Origin: an uncultured Actinomycetes bacterium
GTDB taxonomy: Bacteria > Actinomycetota > Thermoleophilia > Gaiellales > JAICJC01
Length of the DNA: 64,000 nucleotides
Direction of reading: 5' to 3'
NCBI GenBank assembly: GCA_963809325.1
Contig: CAWEIZ010000002.1
Coordinates: 609,745 to 673,744 of the forward strand
Within the stretch, counting starts at the first letter, position 1. Each line of letters begins with the position of its first letter. The notes beneath the pieces are model-generated. The model searched no databases. It saw only the letters and a program-made list of their open reading frames with translations, and was not told the origin of the DNA. The translations under genes and the position numbers were made by a program. Shown piece after piece: positions 47,748-56,739 of the stretch.

Positions 47748-48619
47748 GCGCCGCCCGCGCCAACCTCGAGGAGCTGGTCGTGACGGCGGTCGTCGGCGAC
47801 GTGACGACGCCGGTGATGGGCGAGAACCCGTACGAGATCGGCGCCGACGGGACGCCGTTCGTCCCGGTCGGCGCGGGGGGGATCTGTTACAACGTCAAGG
47901 TGGGGATGGCGGCGATGGGGTGGGCGGCCGACCAGGTCGAGCCGGGCGTCAGCATGGCCAACGCCGACCCGGCGGCAAACGACGCCCTCGCGGTCTTCGC
48001 CTGTGTCGGAAATCCGGTCGCCGTGCGCACCGGCGCGGCGGCGGGGGCGGCCGGCACCGTGATCGGAAAGCACGAGTCGTTCCGGGCCTACAAGCACGTC
48101 CTCGTCCACGTCGGCGACGACGTCCTGGAGCAGATCGCGCCCGGCGACGAGCTGCTCGTGCGCGCGTGCGGCCGCGGCATGGCGGTGGCCGACGCGCCGG
48201 GCGTCGCCTGCCACAGCCTCGGGCCCGAGCTCTGGCGCGCGTGGGGCGCGACAGCCGCGGGCGGCCGGCTTCAGGTCGGAGTCACGCGCATCCTGCCGCC
48301 GGAGGTCGTCGGGATGGGCAGCGGCCGGGTCGCCGCCGCCACGTCGTTCGCCCTCCAGACGAAGGACGACGGCATCGTGCGCGAGCACGGCCTGGCCGGC
48401 CTGCGCCTGGGAGATCTCGTCGCCGTCCGCGACTGGGACGCCACGCACTACACCGGCTACCGCGACGGCGGCGTCACGGTCGGCGTCGTCGCGAGCGGCG
48501 ACAGCCCGCTGGCCGGCAACGGCCCGGCGGTCACGGTGCTGCTCTCGGCCGGCGACGGGTCGCTCGAGCCAGAGCTCGCGCCGGATGCGAACCTGGCCGC
48601 GATGCTCGGGCTCGGGTGA
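47744..48619 (+). CDS. conserved hypothetical protein (possibly DUF4438 family), tandem paralog 2
   Basis: GICYNVKVGMA...ACVGNPVAVRTGAAAGAAGTVIGKH...IAPGDELLVRACGRG; ATGA overlap. Confidence 0.65.
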   Translation: MSAARANLEELVVTAVVGDVTTPVMGENPYEIGADGTPFVPVGAGGICYNVKVGMAAMGWAADQVEPGVSMANADPAANDALAVFACVGNPVAVRTGAAAGAAGTVIGKHESFRAYKHVLVHVGDDVLEQIAPGDELLVRACGRGMAVADAPGVACHSLGPELWRAWGATAAGGRLQVGVTRILPPEVVGMGSGRVAAATSFALQTKDDGIVREHGLAGLRLGDLVAVRDWDATHYTGYRDGGVTVGVVASGDSPLAGNGPAVTVLLSAGDGSLEPELAPDANLAAMLGLG

Positions 48620-49641
48620 CCGGGGTGGCCGAGCCCGCCCCGGCGCTCCTCGAGACCCGCCACGTCTCGAAGCACTACGCGGCGGGGTCGGACCTCGTGC
48701 GCACCCTGGCCCGGCGGCCGCCGGACCTCCTGCGCGCCGTCGACGACGTGTCCATCCGCATCGCGCGCGGCGAGACGCTGGGGCTGGTGGGCGAGAGCGG
48801 CTCGGGGAAGAGCACGCTCGGGCGGCTCGTGCTCCAGCTGGAGCCGCCGACGTCGGGTGACATCCTCTACGACGGCCAGAGCGTCCTGGGGCGCCGGGCG
48901 CGCGAGACGCGGGAGCTGCGAAGGCGGATCCAGGTCGTGTTCCAGGATCCCTACTCCTCGCTCAATCCGACGATGACCGTGCGCCAGACGCTCGAGGAGG
49001 TGCTGAAGGTCCACCGGCTCGCGCCGCGCAACGCCCGGCGGGACCGGGTCGAGGAGCTGCTCGACACCGTCGGCCTCGCGCCGGGGTCGGCCGACCGCAA
49101 GCCGCACCAGTTCAGCGGCGGCCAGCGGCAGCGGATCGGGATCGCCCGCGCGCTCGCGGTCGAGCCGGAGTTCATCGTGGCCGACGAGGCTGTCTCGGCG
49201 CTCGACGTGTCGGTGCAGGCCCAGGTGCTGAACCTCATGGTCCGGCTCCAGGAGCAGCTCGGGCTGACGTACCTCTTCATCGCGCACAACCTCGCCGTGA
49301 TGCGCCACATCAGCCGCAACGTCGCCGTGATGTACCTGGGCCGGATCGTGGAGCACTCCCCGACGGCGGAGCTCTTCCGCGAGCCGCTGCACCCCTACAC
49401 GCAGGCCCTGATGAAGGCTGCTCCGTCGCCGGTTGCCCACCGCAAGAGCATCCAGCCGGCGCTGACGGGCGACATGCCGAACCCGATCTCGCCGCCGACG
49501 GGGTGCCACTTCCATCCCCGCTGCCCCCACGCGATGGACGTGTGCCGGGCGACGTCCCCGGCGACCCGGCTCGTCGCCGGGAACCGCGCGGTGGCGTGCC
49601 ACCTCTACCCGGAAGTCGAGCCGGCCGTGACAGGCACCTGA
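48616..49641 (+). CDS. ABC transporter ATP-binding protein (DppF/OppF type)
   Basis: GESGSGKSTLG, FSGGQRQRIGIARAL, ADEAVSALD; GTGA overlap. Confidence 0.85.
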   Translation: MTGVAEPAPALLETRHVSKHYAAGSDLVRTLARRPPDLLRAVDDVSIRIARGETLGLVGESGSGKSTLGRLVLQLEPPTSGDILYDGQSVLGRRARETRELRRRIQVVFQDPYSSLNPTMTVRQTLEEVLKVHRLAPRNARRDRVEELLDTVGLAPGSADRKPHQFSGGQRQRIGIARALAVEPEFIVADEAVSALDVSVQAQVLNLMVRLQEQLGLTYLFIAHNLAVMRHISRNVAVMYLGRIVEHSPTAELFREPLHPYTQALMKAAPSPVAHRKSIQPALTGDMPNPISPPTGCHFHPRCPHAMDVCRATSPATRLVAGNRAVACHLYPEVEPAVTGT

Positions 49642-49684
49642 CCAGCGGTGGAACACCGCCGCGGCCGTATCATCTCAAGCGGCG

Positions 49685-50338
49685 ATGGAGACCCGGGCCA
49701 CCCAGCGGCATTCCGCCGAGGCACCGTTTCGGAGCCTGAGCGAGCGCGCCTACCAGCACATCCGGGGCGAGATCCTGTGCGGCCGCCTGCCGGTCGGGAC
49801 GGTGGTGGGCGAGTCGGCGCTGGCCGAGGAGCTCGGAATCTCGAAGACCCCCGTGCGGCAGGCGCTCCAGCTGCTGCGCGGCGAGGGCCTGCTCCAGGTC
49901 GGTGCCCGCCGGCAGCTGGTCGTGCGCGGCTTCAGCCCGGAGCACCGGCGCGAGATCGTCGACGTGCGCCAGGCGCTCGAGGCGCTCGCGGTGCGGGGCG
50001 CGGCCGAGCGGATGACGCTCGACGACGTCGACCACCTGCGCCTGCTCCTGATCCGCCAGAAGCGGGCGGCGGATGCCGAGCGGGAGGACGACTTCATCGA
50101 GCTCGACGAGGAGTTCCATCTGCGGATCGCGGCCGGGGCCGGCATGCCGGTCGTGGAGCGCCTGCTGCGCCAGCTGCGCGGCTTCGTGCGTGTGATGCAC
50201 ATCGGGACGACGCGGCGGCGCGGCTACCTGGGGCACGTCCTCGCCGAGCACACGGCGATCGTCGATGCGCTCGAGGAGCGCGATGCGGCCCGGGCGGCCG
50301 AGGCGCTCCAGGAGCACCTGGACCGATCGGACTACTGA
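49685..50338 (+). CDS. GntR family transcriptional regulator (FCD domain)
   Basis: ERAYQHIRGEILCGRLPVGTVVGESALAEELGISKTPVRQALQLLRGEGLL plus a helical C-terminal domain. Confidence 0.85.
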   Translation: METRATQRHSAEAPFRSLSERAYQHIRGEILCGRLPVGTVVGESALAEELGISKTPVRQALQLLRGEGLLQVGARRQLVVRGFSPEHRREIVDVRQALEALAVRGAAERMTLDDVDHLRLLLIRQKRAADAEREDDFIELDEEFHLRIAAGAGMPVVERLLRQLRGFVRVMHIGTTRRRGYLGHVLAEHTAIVDALEERDAARAAEALQEHLDRSDY

Positions 50339-50383
50339 GCGGCCTTCGCCGCTGCGCGCCACCGCGACTTCGGGAGGATCACG

Positions 50384-50845
50384 ATGACACGGCAGAACCT
50401 CTTCTCCGGCGTATGGGACGGAGACGACCAGGCTGGAACACGGCGCCGGGTGTTCTGGCGGCCGGACGACGCTCGGATGGGGGCGACGCTGTACGAGCTC
50501 GCCCCCGGCACGCCGGAGGACCGCATGCACATGCACTACGGAGCCGAGGAGATGTTCTTCGTCCTGAGCGGCCGCCCCGTGCTCCGGGGCCGGCACGGCA
50601 AGGAGACGCTCTCCCCCGGCGACGTCGTCTTCTGCCCGGAGGGACGGGTCGGGCTGCACACGTTCAGCAATCCGACCGACGAGCCCGCTGAGCTCCTGGC
50701 GATCAGCGCCGGAAGCTTCCCCGACGTCGTCGCCTATCCCGAGGACGGATACGCGTGGGTGGCAACCCGCGATCCCGATCCCGAGCTCCTGGCGAAGGGA
50801 GGCGATCCCGGCATCATCGCCCGGTTCGAGATCCCGGTCGAGTAG
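50384..50845 (+). CDS. cupin domain protein
   Basis: MHMHYGAEEMFFVLSGRPVLRGRHGKETLSPGDVVFCPEGRVGLHTFSN. Confidence 0.7.
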   Translation: MTRQNLFSGVWDGDDQAGTRRRVFWRPDDARMGATLYELAPGTPEDRMHMHYGAEEMFFVLSGRPVLRGRHGKETLSPGDVVFCPEGRVGLHTFSNPTDEPAELLAISAGSFPDVVAYPEDGYAWVATRDPDPELLAKGGDPGIIARFEIPVE

Positions 50846-50967
50846 CCACCTCGGGCTTTCCACAGGCCGCGATCAGGCCCGGCCCCGATGCCTGCGCGGG
50901 GCGGGCGCGGCGATACTGAGGTCGGTGAGAGTCCTCTCACCTCGAGAGGTCACACTGAGAGCCAGAG

Positions 50968-51651
50968 ATGAACATCCTCGTCGTCGAGGACGAAGCCCTG
51001 ATCACGGACTTCCTGCGCCGTGGGCTCGAGGCTGAAGGGTACGCCGTCGACACCGCGGCGCGGGGCGAGGACGCCCTCGGCTGCCTGCGTGAGCGTCCGC
51101 CGGACCTCGTGATCCTCGACGTGATGCTGCCCGGGATGGACGGGTTCGAGGTCCTCGGCGCGATCCGCGCGAGCGACGCCGACCTGCCCGTCATCATGCT
51201 GACGGCCCGCGGCGAGGTCGCCGACCGCGTGCGCGGCCTCGACCTCGGTGCCACCGATTACCTCGGAAAGCCGTTCGCGTTCGCCGAGCTCTTGGCGCGC
51301 ATCCGGGCCCGGACCCGGCGGCCCGCGCAGAACGGCACGCCGGCGTCCTCGCTCTCGGTCGGGCCGGTGACGCTCGACCTCCTGGCCCGCGAGGCGGACT
51401 TCGACGGCCGCCGTGTCGAGCTCTCGGCGCGCGAGTTCGCGCTCCTCGCGTACCTCATGCGGCATCCGGGCCAGGTGCTGTCGCGGCAGCAGATCCTGAA
51501 CGGCGTCTGGGGGTACACGTTCGACCCGCGCTCCAACCTGGTCGACGTCTACGTCGGGTACCTGCGCCGCAAGCTGACCACGAACGGCTGCTCGCCGATC
51601 GAGACCGTGCGCGGCATGGGCTACAGGATGGCGCGCGAGAGGACTGCGTGA
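50968..51651 (+). CDS. OmpR-family response regulator
   Basis: MNILVVEDEALI...DLVILDVMLPGMDGFEVL...LELSAREFALLAYLMRHPGQVLSRQQIL...VRGMGYRM. Confidence 0.9.
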   Translation: MNILVVEDEALITDFLRRGLEAEGYAVDTAARGEDALGCLRERPPDLVILDVMLPGMDGFEVLGAIRASDADLPVIMLTARGEVADRVRGLDLGATDYLGKPFAFAELLARIRARTRRPAQNGTPASSLSVGPVTLDLLAREADFDGRRVELSAREFALLAYLMRHPGQVLSRQQILNGVWGYTFDPRSNLVDVYVGYLRRKLTTNGCSPIETVRGMGYRMARERTA

Positions 51652-53111
51652 GGGGCCGGCTCGCGATCCGGACCCGGCTCGCGATCGTGAGCGCGACGCT
51701 GGCGGTCGGCGTGCTCGCGGCGGGCCTCCTCACCGTCTACCTGATCGACCGCCGCCAGGTCGACCAGTCGCTTGCGGCCTCTGCGCGGCGAGCCGCCGCC
51801 GATCTGGCGGATTCGGCCCTGCGCGGGACGCCGCAGCCGGCTCCGACGGGCGACGGGACGGGCGACGGGACGGACGACGCCGCCAAGCAGCTGCGGCCTG
51901 AGTCCCCCGAGAAGCTCGTCACGGCCTATCTCCGCGCGCGGGGCGGCTCCGGCCAGCTTCTCGCCAGCGTGACGGCGAGCGGCCACAAACGTGCGAACAG
52001 CCATCGGGCCCGGCGGCTGTGTCAGCGGAATGACGTCGCTTCCGGAGACGCGAAGCGCGTGGAGATCCGCGGGCACGAGTACGTCGTGGCGGCGGTCGCC
52101 CGGGACGGCTCCCGGTTTCTCGCCGCCGTCCCGGCAGCTGACGCCGACGCGGGGGTCCGCACGCTGCTCGATGCCATGCTCGTGGTGTGCCTGGTGGGGC
52201 TCATCCCCGCCACCGGGGCGGCGTGGCTCGTGACCAGGCGTGCGCTCGCCCCGCTCTCACGGATCGCCCAGCGCGCGTCGCGCGTCACCGGCGGCGACCT
52301 CTCGGTGCGGATGGGCCCGGTCCCGTCGCGCGACGAGATCGCCGACGTCGCCGACGCGATCGACGCGATGCTCGACCGGCTCGAGGGCGCCTTCGTGGCC
52401 CAGCGGCGCTTCGTCCACGACGCCTCTCACGAGCTGCGGACGCCGCTCACGATCGCCCGCGGCCACCTCGAGACCGCACTCGCCGGCGGCCGCGACCCGG
52501 CCGGGCTCGAGGCGGCGGCGCAGGTCGCGATCTCGGAGCTCGACCGGATGGCCCGGCTGGTCGAGAGCCTGCTCCGGCTGGCGCGCACAGGCGCGGACGG
52601 CCCGCAGGCGCGCGACCTCGTCGACGTCGGCGAGCTCGCCGAGCGGGTCGTTGCGCGCTCGCGGGTGCTCGGCGACCGCGCCTGGAATGTCGCCGCCGTG
52701 GAGGGAGCCATGGTGGAGGGCGACTCCGACGCGCTCGATCAGGTGCTCCTGAACCTGATCTCGAACGCCGTGCGGCACACGGCCGCCGGCCAGGCCATCG
52801 ACGTGTCCGTCGAGGCGGGGCCCGACACCGTCACGGTGGAGGTGGCGGACTCGGGCGAGGGGATCGACCCCACCCTCCTGCCGACGCTCTTCGACCGGTT
52901 CACCAGGGCGGATGCCGCGCGCGGCCGCGACACCGGCGGCACCGGCCTCGGGCTTGCGATCTGCCGGGCGATCGTCGAGGCCCACGGCGGGACTATCTCG
53001 GCCGCAAGCGCCCCGGGACGCGGCGCGACGTTCACCGTCGAGCTGCCGCGGATGCCCGTGGCCGGCCGGGCCGCGGGCATGAGAACCGTCTCACCCCCGG
53101 CTCACGCCTAG
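51648..53111 (+). CDS. sensor histidine kinase (HAMP + HisKA + HATPase)
   Basis: FVHDASHELRTPLT (H-box), LISNAVRHT, DSGEGI, GGTGLGLAICRAIVEAHGG; GTGA overlap with the response regulator. Confidence 0.9.
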   Translation: MRGRLAIRTRLAIVSATLAVGVLAAGLLTVYLIDRRQVDQSLAASARRAAADLADSALRGTPQPAPTGDGTGDGTDDAAKQLRPESPEKLVTAYLRARGGSGQLLASVTASGHKRANSHRARRLCQRNDVASGDAKRVEIRGHEYVVAAVARDGSRFLAAVPAADADAGVRTLLDAMLVVCLVGLIPATGAAWLVTRRALAPLSRIAQRASRVTGGDLSVRMGPVPSRDEIADVADAIDAMLDRLEGAFVAQRRFVHDASHELRTPLTIARGHLETALAGGRDPAGLEAAAQVAISELDRMARLVESLLRLARTGADGPQARDLVDVGELAERVVARSRVLGDRAWNVAAVEGAMVEGDSDALDQVLLNLISNAVRHTAAGQAIDVSVEAGPDTVTVEVADSGEGIDPTLLPTLFDRFTRADAARGRDTGGTGLGLAICRAIVEAHGGTISAASAPGRGATFTVELPRMPVAGRAAGMRTVSPPAHA

Positions 53112-53183
53112 CTCACTCCCGCTTCCTACGGTGGGAGACGACGCCGCACGACCGCGGCGCCCCCGACCGTAGGAGGATCGTTT

Positions 53184-53552
53184 GTGACCGTCCACCCGTC
53201 AGTTGCCTTCGCGGCCTTCGCCGCCGGGCTTGTCGTCGGCGGCGGCGCCTATGCAGCGAGCCACGACCTGGGGCTCGGCGACGGCCTGGCCGCCTCCGCC
53301 GACGCTCGGGCGCGGCTCGGTCAGGACATGCCGGTCGGCCGCCACGGCCGCCGCGTGCGCCTCCTGGCATGGCACGCCCCGCGCGTGCCCCACCTGAAGC
53401 CGCCGCCCCCGCGCGCGCCTGTCTTCCAGGTCACGTCGGCACCGGCGGTCTCGTCCGCGCCGGTGACGACACCGGTCACCAGCACGAGCCCGGCTCCGCC
53501 GGTGACCCGAACGAGCCCCACGGGCGGAGACGATGGAGGAGAGGATGACTAG
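53184..53552 (+). CDS. hypothetical secreted/membrane Pro/Thr/Ser-rich protein
   Basis: GGAGGA RBS before GTG; N-terminal hydrophobic segment VAFAAFAAGLVVGGGAYAA. Confidence 0.45.
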   Translation: MTVHPSVAFAAFAAGLVVGGGAYAASHDLGLGDGLAASADARARLGQDMPVGRHGRRVRLLAWHAPRVPHLKPPPPRAPVFQVTSAPAVSSAPVTTPVTSTSPAPPVTRTSPTGGDDGGEDD

Positions 53553-53922
53553 CACCGGACTTCGGATCTATACGACCGTCATCGCACTCATTTGCGGTGG
53601 CGCTGTGGCCTGGTCGATCCATCAGGCGTCCCTGGCCTCGTCGTGGCAGGCCGACGCTCGCTCGTGGCACACGGTCGCCCAGCGCACCGTCGCCCACGAC
53701 CGCGTGACGACGAGGCAGATGCACCACCTGGTCGTCCGGTACAACACGCTCGTCGTCCGCACCCGGCGCTCCGAGCAGAAGCTGCTCGCAAGCATGCGGC
53801 GGGCGCAGACGGCCGGCACTGCGCTGCCGTCGGCGTCCTCGTTCGCGAGCGTGACAGCTCCGGCGTCGTCCTCGGCCCCGGTCGCTACGGCCTCCGCCCC
53901 TCCGACCACGCACACGAGCTGA
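53533..53922 (+). CDS. hypothetical membrane-anchored protein
   Basis: N-terminal TM (IYTTVIALICGGAVAWSI) and a Ser/Ala/Thr-rich tail. The start is 53533 or 53545. Confidence 0.45.
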   Translation: MEERMTSTGLRIYTTVIALICGGAVAWSIHQASLASSWQADARSWHTVAQRTVAHDRVTTRQMHHLVVRYNTLVVRTRRSEQKLLASMRRAQTAGTALPSASSFASVTAPASSSAPVATASAPPTTHTS

Positions 53923-54824
53923 TGCAGACGGCCGCCAATATCGCGACGACTGCCGCCTGGGAGTGGCCGGCCACCGGCACCACCTGGCGCATCCATCACA
54001 CGGGCGGCGTCGACTCCGGCCTCGCCGCGACGATCGCGCAGGCGGTCGAGCGCGACGAGGCCCGCTGGTCGCGCTTCCGGCCCGAGAGCGAGGTCGCGCG
54101 TGTGAACGCGTCGGCGGGCCGGCCGGTTCCCGTCTCGTCCGCGACGCTCGACGTGGTCGAGGCGTGCGTCTACTGGATCCGGTCGACGGGCGGCGTCTTC
54201 CAGCCGCTCGTGGGCGGTGCGCTGGTCGCCTGGGGCTACCGCCGCAGCCTGGCCGACCGCAAGGCCTACGCCGAGTCGAGCCCGGACCCGCGCCGGCTGG
54301 AGGGCCGCCCCCAGGTCGATCGTGTCCGGCGGACGGTGCAGATTCCGGCCGGGACGAGGCTCGACCTCGGAGGGATCGCAAAGAGCTGGATGGCGTGCCG
54401 GGCCGCCGCACTCGTACGCGGCCGGTGTGACGACCCCTCGATCCTCGTCGACGCGGGCGGCGATCTCGTCGCGGCGCGCGGCCGGCACCTGGTGGCGGTC
54501 GAGGACCCTCGCGATCACGACGCCCCGCCGATCGCGCGGGTGTGGGTCGGCGAGGGACAGGGGATCGCCACGTCCGGCTTCGGCCGGCGCAGGTGGCAGA
54601 ACGGCGACGGCCGCCCCGCCCACCACCTGATCGATCCCGAGACCGGTGCGCCCGGACCGAGGACGCACGCCACCGTGGTCTCGGACGATCCGGTGGCCGC
54701 GGACGTCCTGGCGAAGCTCCTCACGCTCCGGCCGGGGCGGATCGCCGCGCTGGAGGAGGCCGCCATGGTCCTGAGCGACGGCGCCCTCCGGACGACCGCC
54801 GCCTGGACGGAGGTGGCGGAGTGA
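53922..54824 (+). CDS. FAD:protein FMN transferase (ApbE family)
   Basis: ...WSRFRPESEVARVN...LDLGGIAKSWM...ATSGFGRRRW...HHLIDPETGAP; TGATG overlap. Confidence 0.8.
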   Translation: MQTAANIATTAAWEWPATGTTWRIHHTGGVDSGLAATIAQAVERDEARWSRFRPESEVARVNASAGRPVPVSSATLDVVEACVYWIRSTGGVFQPLVGGALVAWGYRRSLADRKAYAESSPDPRRLEGRPQVDRVRRTVQIPAGTRLDLGGIAKSWMACRAAALVRGRCDDPSILVDAGGDLVAARGRHLVAVEDPRDHDAPPIARVWVGEGQGIATSGFGRRRWQNGDGRPAHHLIDPETGAPGPRTHATVVSDDPVAADVLAKLLTLRPGRIAALEEAAMVLSDGALRTTAAWTEVAE

Positions 54825-55399
54825 TCCTCTGGGACGTCGCGCGGGCGAGCGCATTCGTGGCCTTCGCCTGCTACACGCTGGTCGTCGCCTGGGGCATTGC
54901 GCTGAGCGCGCGCGTCTGGCGCCCGCCGGCTCCCCATATGGCCTATCACCGGTTCCTGGCCTCGCTCGGGCTGGTCGCGGTCGGGATCCACATCGGCGCG
55001 CTGATGCTCGACCGCTACGCCCGCGTGACGGTTCGGTCGCTCGTCGGGCTCGACCCGCGGCCGGGCGTCGTCGTCGGTGCCGCCGCGCTCTGGCTCGTGC
55101 TCGCGCTGCCGCTGTCGTTCAAGCTGAAGCAGGCGCGGTGGATGAGCCAGCGGGCGTGGCGCTCGCTGCACTACTTCGGCTACTCGGTCTGGGCGCTCTC
55201 GCTGGTGCACGGCATCGCGGCCGGGACCGACTCGCGATCGGTCTTCGCGCTTGGAATCTACGGCGCGTCGGCCGCCATCGTCGGCGGAGCGGCGTGGTAC
55301 CGGTGGCTCGAGCGCCCGGCACCGGCCCCCGGGCGCGCGCCGGCGCGCGACCGGCTGCCCGCCCGGGCGGCCCTCGAGATCGAGGGGAGCGAGCCGTGA
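54821..55399 (+). CDS. ferric reductase-like transmembrane domain protein
   Basis: Multi-TM protein with conserved His residues (YHRFLASLGLVAVGIHIGA..., SLHYFGYSVWALSLVHGI); GTGA overlap. Confidence 0.65.
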   Translation: MILWDVARASAFVAFACYTLVVAWGIALSARVWRPPAPHMAYHRFLASLGLVAVGIHIGALMLDRYARVTVRSLVGLDPRPGVVVGAAALWLVLALPLSFKLKQARWMSQRAWRSLHYFGYSVWALSLVHGIAAGTDSRSVFALGIYGASAAIVGGAAWYRWLERPAPAPGRAPARDRLPARAALEIEGSEP

Positions 55400-56514
55400 G
55401 CGCGGCCCGCTCGGTGACGGTGGTCGGAAACGGCGTCGCCGGCTACGCGTGCGCGCGCCGCCTGGCCGAGTCCGGCGTCGCGGTGACGCTGATCGGCCCC
55501 GGCCTGCCCTGCGATCGCCCCCCGCTCTCGAAGCGCGCGCTCGTGCGCCGGGCGGCGCCGTATCTGGCGACGGCCGACGGCCTCGCCGCGGCCGGAATCC
55601 GCCATCTCGACGGTTGGGCCGTCGAGCTCGACCTTCCGCGCCGGCGGCTCGGCGTGCAGTGCACGGCGCGGGGTGAGATCCACGAGCATGCCTTCGAGGA
55701 GCTCGTGTGGGCGACCGGCCTGCGCCTGACGCGTCCCCCGATCCCCGGAATCGGGGTGGCCCACCAGAACGCCGACCCGGCGGGGCTCGAGGAGCTTCTT
55801 CCCCGCCTCGAGCGGCCGGGTCGGCGGGTGGCGGTCATCGGAGCCGGGCTCATCGGCACCGAGACCGCCGCCACGTTGTCGGCGGCCCATCGCGTCACGC
55901 TGGTCGAACGGGGCGATCTGCCGTTGAGCCGGCTTCACAGCGCCGTCGGAGCCGAGGCCAAGCGGGTGCTTGCCGCGCTCGGCGTCGCGTTCGCCGGGGG
56001 CTGCAGCCTCGAGCGCATCGTTCCCATCCCCGGCGGCTCGCAGCTCATCCAGACGTCGACCCACGGGCGGATCGCGGCCGACGTCGTGATCGTCGCGGCC
56101 GGGGTCACCTCGACGCTGCCGCCTGCGCTCGGCGCCGGGCCCACCGTCGATACCGACGAGCGGCTCGCGGTCGAGGGTCTCGACGGCGTCTGGGCGTGCG
56201 GCGACACCGCCGCCTTCCCGCACCCGCGGTTCGGCCGCATCGCGATCCCGCATTGGGACAATGCCCGCGCCGGCGGCGACCACGTCGCGCGCGCGATCCT
56301 GGGGTCGCGCGCGCCGTTCGAGCGGGACCCGTACTGGTTCTCGGACATCGGCCCGCTGCGTGTGCAGCAGGTCGGGTTCGAGCCCGCCGTGTGCGAATGG
56401 TCGGTGCGCGACGGGCTTCACGTCGGTTGCGCGGACGACGGCCGGGCCGCGTGCGTCCTGCTTCTGAACTCCCCCCAACGATTGAACGATGCCCGCCGCC
56501 TGCTGGCGGCCTGA
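55396..56514 (+). CDS. NAD(P)/FAD-dependent oxidoreductase (ferredoxin reductase-like)
   Basis: VTVVGNGVAGYACARRL...VAVIGAGLIGTETAATL...VWACGDTAAF; GTGA overlap. Confidence 0.8.
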   Translation: MSAARSVTVVGNGVAGYACARRLAESGVAVTLIGPGLPCDRPPLSKRALVRRAAPYLATADGLAAAGIRHLDGWAVELDLPRRRLGVQCTARGEIHEHAFEELVWATGLRLTRPPIPGIGVAHQNADPAGLEELLPRLERPGRRVAVIGAGLIGTETAATLSAAHRVTLVERGDLPLSRLHSAVGAEAKRVLAALGVAFAGGCSLERIVPIPGGSQLIQTSTHGRIAADVVIVAAGVTSTLPPALGAGPTVDTDERLAVEGLDGVWACGDTAAFPHPRFGRIAIPHWDNARAGGDHVARAILGSRAPFERDPYWFSDIGPLRVQQVGFEPAVCEWSVRDGLHVGCADDGRAACVLLLNSPQRLNDARRLLAA

Positions 56515-56538
56515 CCAACCCCGAGAGGAGACGACCCG

Positions 56539-56733
56539 ATGGACACCCAGCTCATCATCGACCCGGACACGTGCGTCGGATACGGGGAGTGCGTCGCCGA
56601 GGACGCGTCCGCCGTCGAGCTCGACGAGAACGGCTGCGCGCGGGCTCTCGTGCCGCTGCTTGCCCGCGACCGGGCGGAGCGGCTCTGCTCCGCGTGCCCG
56701 GTCGGCGCCATCACGCTCAGGTCTGCGGCCTAG
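56539..56733 (+). CDS. small ferredoxin
   Basis: MDTQLIIDPDTCVGYGECVAEDASAVELDENGCA...CSACPVGAITL. Confidence 0.8.
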   Translation: MDTQLIIDPDTCVGYGECVAEDASAVELDENGCARALVPLLARDRAERLCSACPVGAITLRSAA

Positions 56734-56739
56734 AGTAGA

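Noticed and set aside
50968-53111. The OmpR/HK pair as the DosRS-like regulator of the stress island.
   Set aside because: DosR is a NarL/LuxR-type regulator, whereas this one is OmpR-type. The shared motif is a dyad rather than the direct repeats typical of OmpR regulators. Nothing in the sequence links the two.
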